NCBI GenBank assembly: GCA_963769315.1
Contig: CAVYLG010000005.1
Span: forward strand, 6,075 to 70,074
Length of the DNA stretch: 64,000 bases
From: Candidatus Omnitrophota bacterium
GTDB lineage: Bacteria; Omnitrophota; Gorgyraeia; Zapsychrales; Fredricksoniimonadaceae
Reading direction: 5' to 3'
The translations under genes were made by a program, and so were the position numbers. A model generated the notes under the pieces. The model was not told the DNA's origin. It worked only from the letters and a program-made list of their open reading frames with translations, and did not search any database. Position 1 is the stretch's first letter. The number at the start of each line of letters is the position of its first letter. Positions 38,581 to 45,259 of the stretch are shown one piece after another.

Positions 38581-38602
38581 TGCGGAGGTTCTCTCTGACA
38601 TT

Positions 38603-38950
38603 CTATAAGCGATTATATTTGGTATGCCTCCCTTTAGCTTTGTGTATGGGGTATTTTAGGGCGTTTTTCTTCATTTTATTGGCCATGGCCTTGGGGAGGT
38701 CTATTTTTAGATTATCGGCCAATTCGAATAAATACATGGCTACATCGGCTAATTCATCGGAGAGTTCGTCTTTGTTGTTTTTGCCGTGCTCTTCGACTTC
38801 TTTCGGGGATTTCCATTGGAAATGCTCTAATACTTCTGTCGCTTCTAACACTAAGGACAGGGCTAGGTCTTTGTGGTTATGGAACTGTTTCCAGTCGCGG
38901 GCGTCGCGGAAGGCCTTGATCTTTGCGGTTAGCTGTTTTATTTCGGACAT
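38603..38950 (-). CDS. MazG-like all-alpha nucleotide pyrophosphohydrolase (copy 2)
   Basis: 115 aa. By my count 17 of 115 positions differ from 18332..18679. Confidence 0.8.
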   Translation of the reverse strand: MSEIKQLTAKIKAFRDARDWKQFHNHKDLALSLVLEATEVLEHFQWKSPKEVEEHGKNNKDELSDELADVAMYLFELADNLKIDLPKAMANKMKKNALKYPIHKAKGRHTKYNRL

Positions 38951-38956
38951 TTGATA

Positions 38957-38985
38957 ATTCTACGCCTAACGGGGGGAAATTTAAA
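38957..38985 (-). promoter_or_regulatory. Sigma70-like promoter TTTAAA-N17-TAGAAT placed 6 nt from the ATG (leaderless-type)
   Basis: -10 box at 38957-38962, -35 box at 38980-38985, ATG at 38948-38950. The flanking AAAGAATCTATTTAAAT is shared with 18763-18780. Confidence 0.5.
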
Positions 38986-39071
38986 TAGATTCTTTGGAGA
39001 GGGCCCAAAAAGTCAATGTGTCCCGGTTTTTTGAAATTCCATATACCCCTCCTACCCAACCTTATAGATAA

Positions 39072-39224
39072 TCACTGCTTAAACTTTTTCCCGCACTTAG
39101 GGCACTCGACCTCATTATCAAAAAATAAACTACATGGCACATCGGCTCCGCAATACGGACATTTCACCGTGTCCGCACCCATTACAAAGTCGTATTCCCA
39201 AAAATCATCCAAGTCATCATTCAT
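39072..39224 (-). CDS. Unannotated 50-aa zinc-ribbon protein
   Basis: My translation gives MNDDLDDFWEYDFVMGADTVKCPYCGADVPCSLFFDNEVECPKCGKKFKQ*, with CPYC..(17)..CPKC. It lies 33 nt downstream of 39258..39506. Confidence 0.5.
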   Translation of the reverse strand: MNDDLDDFWEYDFVMGADTVKCPYCGADVPCSLFFDNEVECPKCGKKFKQ

Positions 39225-39257
39225 AAAATCCCCTACTTCTCCTAATCTCCCGCCCTT

Positions 39258-39506
39258 CTACTTCACCAACTTATTGTAAAGCCAGGCAAAAATAGCACAT
39301 CCAATGCCGGCATCTACAAAAGCCCAGACCGCGCCGATAATACTGCCGACAACACTCGCGGAGTACCCGAGATAGAAATTCCCAAGCAATGCCACAAACT
39401 TGCCGCAATAACCGCAACCCATAGCCGAAAGACCCATTATAAATATACCGGCGCTCCAAAGGATTCCGCCGGCCAAACCAAAAGCTTTTATGTCGAGTTT
39501 TAACAT
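39258..39506 (-). CDS. Small Gly-rich membrane protein (82 aa, 2-3 TM helices)
   Basis: Hydrophobic segments are GLAGGILWSAGIFIMGLSAMG and VVGSIIGAVWAFVDAGIGCAIFAWLY. Confidence 0.55.
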   Translation of the reverse strand: MLKLDIKAFGLAGGILWSAGIFIMGLSAMGCGYCGKFVALLGNFYLGYSASVVGSIIGAVWAFVDAGIGCAIFAWLYNKLVK

Positions 39507-39580
39507 ATCTGTTCCCCCTTACTTATCATATTCCTCACTATGTCCTGTAACTACAATTACAGGAATTGATTATGTCTATT

Positions 39581-40330
39581 TTATCTCTTCCCCGCCGCTT
39601 CCCTATACTGACAAAACTGACAATCTTCCCCTGATTCCGGCATTTGGTCCGACTGCAAACAAGCATAAAGATCTTTAATTGCTCCATCCACCCAAGAATC
39701 ATTACCTTCATAAGGGATCAAACTGATCTCAAAATCCAGCCTGTTCTCAAAAGCTTCCCTATCAGTCAAACCATTGCAATACACAAAATAACCTTGGGTC
39801 TGCACTTTAAAGCCATTCTTGCGAAACAACCACTGATATATTTCCATCTGGCGCCTATAACCGAGCTGCCAGTCAGCATCAATCCCCATCTCACCATCCT
39901 TGGACGTGGCTTTATAATCCACGATGATCAATTCCTTTTGACTGTTCTGCCAGACATCATCTACCCCTCCGGTTAAAAGCAGATTAGTGCCCGGATAGGC
40001 ATAGGTGATGCCTCCGCTTAAAGCATTGCGCCATTCGTCCATTTGCGGATGGTTAAAGGGTATCGCATCAAGGCCGGCTTCCTTCATCAAAGGATGGGCT
40101 TGGGCCTTGGCCCTATATATATCAAACTCTTTCTTTAAAAGCTTATCTACGGCTGAATTAAGGTTAAAAGGAAAGCCCGGAGGCTGCGGGATGCCTAAAC
40201 GCCTGTCTAAATAGAAGCATTTGGGACAATTGAGGAATAGATCAATCTTTGAGCGGCTTATACGGAAAGGCTTGGCGGAGTCCGGGTCGTAAATATTACG
40301 TGTACGTTGGGGGGTGTAATATTTGGACAT
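39581..40330 (-). CDS. PD-(D/E)XK nuclease, Cas4/RecB-like with Cys cluster
   Basis: N-terminal Cys residues lie in LNCPKCFYLD. The core is GGVDDVW...LIIVDYKAT with YRRQMEIYQWL (QxxxY). C-terminal Cys residues lie in CLQS...CQFCQY. Confidence 0.75.
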   Translation of the reverse strand: MSKYYTPQRTRNIYDPDSAKPFRISRSKIDLFLNCPKCFYLDRRLGIPQPPGFPFNLNSAVDKLLKKEFDIYRAKAQAHPLMKEAGLDAIPFNHPQMDEWRNALSGGITYAYPGTNLLLTGGVDDVWQNSQKELIIVDYKATSKDGEMGIDADWQLGYRRQMEIYQWLFRKNGFKVQTQGYFVYCNGLTDREAFENRLDFEISLIPYEGNDSWVDGAIKDLYACLQSDQMPESGEDCQFCQYREAAGKR

Positions 40331-40336
40331 TACGTA

Positions 40337-40365
40337 ATTCTAACTTAGGTTGGCCGAGCAAGCAA
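40337..40365 (-). promoter_or_regulatory. Sigma70-like promoter TTGCTT-N17-TAGAAT placed 6 nt from the ATG (leaderless-type)
   Basis: -10 box at 40337-40342, -35 box at 40360-40365, ATG at 40328-40330. Confidence 0.45.
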
Positions 40366-40476
40366 TAGGGAATATTTGTACGCCAAAGGGCGGGTTTGGA
40401 CAAGGTGAAATTACGCAGGCAGCCAGGAAAACGGGCATTTCTTTTGCAGATCAGGGGGAAAAGAGAAAATTATCTC

Positions 40477-40746
40477 TTATGCAAGCTGACCGGTTAAATA
40501 TTTATGCAGAACACTTGCAACCAGAGTCTGATAGGGCATTCCCTCTCTAATGGCTTTCGATTTCAAATTAAAAAAATCCCGTTTCGTCAATCTGATGTTA
40601 ATACGGGCGTCTTTTCTTAAAGTTTCACGGGCGGATTCTTTAAGGCGAAGTATTTCCTTATCCCGGTTTTTAACCGACTTCCATTCGCCACGCTCAACCG
40701 ATGCTATTAGTTCTTTTTCTTCTTTTTTAGTCATTGTTGTTCTCAT
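40477..40746 (-). CDS. brnA: BrnA-like (CopG/RHH) antitoxin
   Basis: LIASVERGEWKSV...INIRLTKRDFFNLKSKAIREGMPYQTLVASVLHKYLTG. The start overlaps the toxin gene stop. Confidence 0.65.
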   Translation of the reverse strand: MRTTMTKKEEKELIASVERGEWKSVKNRDKEILRLKESARETLRKDARINIRLTKRDFFNLKSKAIREGMPYQTLVASVLHKYLTGQLA

Positions 40747-41021
40747 TAGTTGTCTCCTAGATATTCTTTGGTAAATTCCCTGCTTGGGAAAATCGTTATT
40801 AAATGTATAACTTTTTCATCCTCAATACACGGAACAGCATAGGCGTAACCATTGACATTAACAACAAGGATCCTTTGGTGCGCATATTTAATCTTATTAG
40901 GATGCTCAATATCATCTAATAAAAATCCCTCTTCAATTTTTATGACAATATCCTCAAAACAAATGCCTCTTTCTTTTTCCAACGACCTGCTTTTTTTATC
41001 GTCCCAGTCAAAAGGTTTCAT
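40746..41021 (-). CDS. brnT: BrnT-like toxin
   Basis: FDWDDKKSRSLEKERGICFEDIV...LITIFPSREFTKEY. Confidence 0.6.
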   Translation of the reverse strand: MKPFDWDDKKSRSLEKERGICFEDIVIKIEEGFLLDDIEHPNKIKYAHQRILVVNVNGYAYAVPCIEDEKVIHLITIFPSREFTKEYLGDN

Positions 41022-41102
41022 ATCACTCCATTTAAAGTATAGTCTATTGTGTGCCTATTGTCAATACTCCTTAAGATACAATAGAAAGGGTTATTTCATT
41101 TA

Positions 41103-41145
41103 GGGAGAATTTATGTGAGATCCTTGGGGGAAGGATTGATTAAGA
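41103..41145. repeat. 43-bp perfect direct repeat, left copy, flanking the HigB/A-like cassette
   Basis: gggagaatttatgtgagatccttgggggaaggattgattaaga is identical (43/43) to 41941-41983. It contains the family C hairpin atccttgggggaaggat. Confidence 0.9.
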
Positions 41146-41249
41146 TTACTGCTTTTAAGGCGTTACGGCAAGCATTTTGTAATGGAAGGATGTTCTTTAA
41201 GAGATCCCTGCCTGCCGGCAGGCAGGCTTCGCTCAGGATGATAGTTATA

Positions 41250-41537
41250 TTAAGAAATTGCTTCTAAAACTGCTTTTGGATTGGTGTTAGCGATCTTTAA
41301 AAGCACTTGGGCAGGACCTTCCGGTACACAACGCCCCTGTTCCCAATTCTGTAATGTATTAACACTGATATGGAAGGCCGAGGCAAATTGATTTTGAGAC
41401 AACCCCAACTGAAGACGGATTTTACGGACATTAGCAGGGGTATACCGGAAAACTCGCGAAGGCTTTCGCTGGCCGCGCATATATTCCCCGGCATGTTTGA
41501 TACTTTCAATTAATTCATTAAATTGTTTATCTTTCAT
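41250..41537 (-). CDS. XRE-type HTH antitoxin (HigA/COG2944-like)
   Basis: VRKIRLQLGLSQNQFASAFHISVNTLQNWEQGRCVPEGPAQVLLKI. It overlaps the toxin gene stop by 4 nt. Confidence 0.75.
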   Translation of the reverse strand: MKDKQFNELIESIKHAGEYMRGQRKPSRVFRYTPANVRKIRLQLGLSQNQFASAFHISVNTLQNWEQGRCVPEGPAQVLLKIANTNPKAVLEAIS

Positions 41538-41857
41538 CTTAAATACTCCTTTGTCATTTTAGCTAATATTTTTAACTGTTCCTTGCTCAAATCTTCCCGC
41601 TCACTCTTGGGATATATATAAATCATCAAGATTTCCTCATGATCCAACCAAAGGTAATAAATGATCCGAACTCCTCCGCTTTTACCTTTATCTTTAAATC
41701 CCCAACGTAATTTTCTAAGCCCATGCCCGTGCGGGATAATATCCCCTTTGCGCGGGTTTTTGGTAAGCTCCTCTTGTATCTTTCGGTATTCATCATCATT
41801 CAAATTTTCTACTACCCATTTGGTAAAATAAGAAAATTCTATAAATTGCATATTCAT
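41534..41857 (-). CDS. RelE/HigB-superfamily toxin (COG4737-like)
   Basis: FIEFSYFTKW...GDIIPHGHGLRKLRWGFKDKGKSGGVRIIYY...IYPKSEREDLSKEQ. Confidence 0.7.
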   Translation of the reverse strand: MNMQFIEFSYFTKWVVENLNDDEYRKIQEELTKNPRKGDIIPHGHGLRKLRWGFKDKGKSGGVRIIYYLWLDHEEILMIYIYPKSEREDLSKEQLKILAKMTKEYLR

Positions 41858-41940
41858 CCTTCACGGTTAGAGTATACGCTATTAGCGTATGGTTGTCAAG
41901 TTAATGAAATTAACTTGATGCTTGGGGGAAGCTGGATTGT

Positions 41941-41983
41941 GGGAGAATTTATGTGAGATCCTTGGGGGAAGGATTGATTAAGA
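41941..41983. repeat. 43-bp perfect direct repeat, right copy
   Basis: Identical to 41103-41145. Confidence 0.9.
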
Positions 41984-42182
41984 AAATTATACTTGAGCAT
42001 TTTGTTGACGTCAACAAAATGGTTTTGGCTCCCTTGAGATTTTAAAAGCCATTGCGAAGCGAAACCCCCGCCGCACCAGAGAAAAACCAGCGTTGGGTTC
42101 ATCTGAAAGGGTTGGTAAAAAAATGACACTTATTGAACTCCCCTAGCCCCTCTTTAAAAAAAGAGGGGAATAATATGCTTAT

Positions 42183-42243
42183 CTCTCCCCCACCGCTTCC
42201 CTATACGTTGGGGGGTGTAATATTTGGATATTACGTAATTCTA
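42183..42243 (-). pseudogene. Second collapsed (start fused to end) copy of the 39581..40330 nuclease gene with its -10 box; ATG mutated to ATA
   Basis: The minus strand reads TAGAATTACGTAATATCCAAATATTACACCCCCCAACGTATAGGGAAGCGGTGGGGGAGAG. The fusion junction (..GTATAGGG..) is the same as at 18676..18732. Confidence 0.6.
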
Positions 42244-42346
42244 ACTTAGGTTTGCCGAGCAAGCAATAGGGAATATTTTTACGTCAAATGGCGGGAAAGA
42301 TAAATAGAATATTTGGAAGAGGGTTGTTCCTGGGATTGATAAGAGC

Positions 42347-42374
42347 TTGACAGGGTAAAGCTAAATGATATAAT
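42347..42374 (+). promoter_or_regulatory. Consensus sigma70 promoter TTGACA-N16-TGaTATAAT
   Basis: TTGACA at 42347-42352 and TATAAT at 42369-42374, preceded by TG at 42366-42367 (extended -10). Confidence 0.65.
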
Positions 42375-42380
42375 TTAATT

Positions 42381-42499
42381 GCATCACGATGAGAGGTCAA
42401 CCAAAAGGGTGAGTCCTGCGGCTATGCCTCTCGTTTGAAATCAATCACGATGAGAGGTCAACCAAAGGGGTGAGTCCCGTGGCTATGCCTCTCTTTTTT
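42381..42499 (+). ncRNA. Candidate ~120-nt small RNA made of two tandem 61-nt structured repeats, ending in a stem plus U-tract
   Basis: Unit 1 spans 42383-42443 and unit 2 spans 42444-42499. Each has an outer stem GAGAGG..CCUCUC enclosing two small hairpins. Unit 2 ends in cctctctttttt. No ORF. The 3' end lies 6 nt from the stop of the convergent NYN gene. Confidence 0.4.
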
Positions 42500-42505
42500 A
42501 TTACC

Positions 42506-42988
42506 TTAATACGCTAATTCCTCTCTTTGTTCATTCAAAAAAGTTATATCTGTTCCAAATTTCTTTAAAAGTGAAGAATATTTATTTTGGTTTGGAATCA
42601 GCAATCTTTCCAACTTACTTTTCATTTTTAAATATTCAATCAGGCAATAGAAATCCCCATCCCCTGTCACGATCACCGCTTTATGATAATTACCCCACTC
42701 GATCATAGCATGAAGCACTAGTTCTGCGTCAACATTACCCTTCACTTTGCCAGCTTTAAGATCAAGTGTTGGCTTGAACACCAAAATATAGCCTTGTTGT
42801 TGCAAGCTTGTGTATAGCGTTTGTTGTGTAGCAATATAACCAATAAATATAAACGCTTTAGTGACCTTATATTTATGCTTAAGATATATGCGAAAATGTT
42901 TGTAATCAAGCCGCCAACCTTGATCCCTGATGGACAGATTTAAATTTTGGCTATCGATAAAAGCATAATTGTTGACAAATTCCCCCAT
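42506..42988 (-). CDS. NYN/LabA-like (PIN-like) ribonuclease domain protein
   Basis: YAFIDSQNLN...GNVDAELVLHAMIE...AVIVTGDGDFYCLIEYL. The start is set at ATG 42986-42988, with AGGAG 7 nt upstream. Confidence 0.75.
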   Translation of the reverse strand: MGEFVNNYAFIDSQNLNLSIRDQGWRLDYKHFRIYLKHKYKVTKAFIFIGYIATQQTLYTSLQQQGYILVFKPTLDLKAGKVKGNVDAELVLHAMIEWGNYHKAVIVTGDGDFYCLIEYLKMKSKLERLLIPNQNKYSSLLKKFGTDITFLNEQREELAY

Positions 42989-43316
42989 GGAAACGCTCCT
43001 TGTGATGGTGCTTGAGCGCTGGGGGTGGCGCAGGTTTAAGATCAACTACTTTCAGTTTGGAGGTAACAGGCATACCGTGAAAGCTGGATATCTTCAATAA
43101 TTCGTTGAGTACCTGAACCTATGGAGACCATTTTGTCCACTTGGACGAAATGGCCTATGATTCTTTGTTAATAAAGGAAATTAATAATAAAAAGCGGCGA
43201 GGGATGTTGCGGTCAGTGTGCTTCTTTACTTATTTTCCATCTTTACGTTGTGAAGTCAAATAAAATGTGTAGTACAATATACCTTAAGATTCTTCGCTGC
43301 GCTCAGAATGACGGTT

Positions 43317-44160
43317 TTATTTTCCATACGGTCGGGACCAATACTTCAATTTTATCTTCCTTACCTTTGTCCCCTTCCTAAAATGATCAGCAAGCTGACT
43401 TATGATATACCAGAATTCTTTTTCTGTCAGATCTTGTTTCATGGCATTGACCATTCTGGATGTGATCACCAATCTTCTTGGATCATTGGGTATCCAATGG
43501 TCAAAAGTCAAATACCAAGGGCTATGCTCGTTAAACAAATCCAGTTCCATGCCCGTATAATAACAAACAAATCCGTACTTTCGCAGATAGTCAAAGACGG
43601 CTTCTTTTGTCTTTGGGCTATAGCGTTCCGCGATCAATCGTTTAGCGACAGTGGAGCACCTTGGACAGAATTTATGCCATCTTGATGGGGTCGGCCGCCC
43701 GCATATATAACAACGCCTGCCTGTCTTAGAGGTACAAGATAATCTATACCAATAAATGAGCCTTCTTTTTTTGACCTTAGTATGTTTCCTTCGATGATCA
43801 TCCAGTTGAAGGACATAATACCTAAATTCCTTTTGGGAAAGATCCTGCTTCATATCATTCACCAGCGCCGCACAGATCACTATTTTACGAGGATCACCCG
43901 GGATCCAATGGTCGAAATCACAATACCAAGGGCTCTGTATCATCCTCTAATTCCAAAGCCACATCGGAGTAGTTACATCTATATCCGTACTTATGGATAT
44001 AACCCAGGACGCCTTTTCGGGCCTTTGGAGAGAATTTCTTCCTATACATCCGGCGTATTGTTTTGAAACAGTTACGGCAATAAGGAGACCGGGGAGAAAA
44101 TACTTTTTTGCCGCAGACACGACATTTTGTGTAAAGCCTGTAGGTTAAGAGGGGTTTCAT
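43317..44160 (-). pseudogene. Two tandem Zn-ribbon + HNH-like modules, fused in frame to each other; the first module is frame-shifted
   Basis: Module A is CRVCGKK..CRNC...(frameshift near 43925-43945)...SPWYCDFDHWIPGDPRKIVICAALVNDMKQDL. Module B is CYICGRP..CPRC...SPWYLTFDHWIPNDPRRLVITSRMVNAMKQDL. There is no stop between A and B. Confidence 0.5.
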
Positions 44161-44198
44161 TTGAGAGATTGCTTTGCTGCTTTGGGTAAAATTGGCCC

Positions 44199-44504
44199 TT
44201 AATGCATCTTATCAACAAATACAATGCTTAATGTAATACTTATATAAACGATACCGGCAAAAAATGCAATGAGGCTCCATTTATTTATTTGGGAGACCTT
44301 CCCTACTCTCAAGAGAACGTACCCAATGAGCACATTAGCTAGTGCCCACAAAACATTGACCATTGGAGATGACAATCCTTTGCCCGGCGGAATTGCAAAA
44401 GGAGAAGGGAAACTGTCACCGGATATCCCGTGTACGAAATGTGGAATAGCGTTAGTTAAAAAACTACCGGCGAAAAAGCAAGCTAGATAGTGATACCATT
44501 TCAT
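44199..44504 (-). CDS. Small membrane protein (101 aa, 3 TM helices)
   Basis: Hydrophobic profile only. Confidence 0.5.
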   Translation of the reverse strand: MKWYHYLACFFAGSFLTNAIPHFVHGISGDSFPSPFAIPPGKGLSSPMVNVLWALANVLIGYVLLRVGKVSQINKWSLIAFFAGIVYISITLSIVFVDKMH

Positions 44505-44622
44505 AAGGCCTCCTAGACAGTGGGGATCTCACCCCCACCTAACCTCCCCCGTCAAGGGGGAAGAATATGACTTAACTGAACTCCCCTAACCCCTCTTTAA
44601 TTATGTGGACACAATTGCTTTC

Positions 44623-45123
44623 TTAATTTATTATTTTATTTTTCATAAGCATGTGTTGAATCAGGGCTTCGTTAGATTGGTGTAATCGTCTGGAAGTCTC
44701 CCTGGCAATATTAAGAATCAGTAAGCCGAATAATTCTTTATCTGTTTCATAGATGTTTAATAATTTACTTGGTTCCAAGACAATTAATTCAGTTGGTCTT
44801 ACAACCAATGCGTTTGAGGAATGGGTTAGAATTCCAATAACCGAAGTCTCCCCAAAGCAGTCACCTTCCTTAAAAGAAATCAGCTCCAAAAACAGGCTAT
44901 TATCTTCAAATATCATCTTCACTTCGCCCTGTTTGATGATATAAATGTTGCTAAGAGCTTCCCCCCTTTTATATATGAACTCGCCTTTTTCGTACTTGAT
45001 GGTCTTTAATAATTTACAAATCTTCTCAAGTTGTGAGTTGCTTAATCCGTCAAAGACAGTTATTTTCTTTAAAAACGGCCAGACTTCTTCAACATTTAAT
45101 ATCGGGGAGTATGTTTTATCCAT
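44623..45123 (-). CDS. Stand-alone cyclic-nucleotide-binding (cNMP/Crp-like) domain protein, no HTH
   Basis: FDGLSNSQLEKICKLLKTIKYEKGEFIYKRGE...IYIIKQGEVKM...GDCFGETSVIG. Confidence 0.75.
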   Translation of the reverse strand: MDKTYSPILNVEEVWPFLKKITVFDGLSNSQLEKICKLLKTIKYEKGEFIYKRGEALSNIYIIKQGEVKMIFEDNSLFLELISFKEGDCFGETSVIGILTHSSNALVVRPTELIVLEPSKLLNIYETDKELFGLLILNIARETSRRLHQSNEALIQHMLMKNKIIN

Positions 45124-45259
45124 AATCCATCCACCAGATTCATTCCTGCACCAATACCCCTTTAGCTCTCACTAAACATCTTTTCCCGCTTTGTTTTTAA
45201 TAATAGACCATTTCCCTGATTTGAACAAGGCCAAAAAGTTGAGGTGCTAAATTGGCATA

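Noticed and set aside
38538-38954. 138-aa plus-strand ORF (and 18348..18548) antisense to the MazG-like genes. The same applies to other long antisense ORFs (7906..8394, 19727..20243, 27883..28194, 39644..39976, 53035..53358).
   Set aside because: These are shadow ORFs opposite well-supported genes, with low-complexity translations and no motifs.
42383-42499. Tandem 61-nt repeats as a CRISPR array or as a hammerhead ribozyme (GATGAG ... GAAA).
   Set aside because: There are only two directly abutting units with no spacers, so this is not a CRISPR array. The sequence ACGAUGA does not match the CUGAUGA core, and GAAA is not adjacent to the stem closure, so it is not a hammerhead as far as I can judge.
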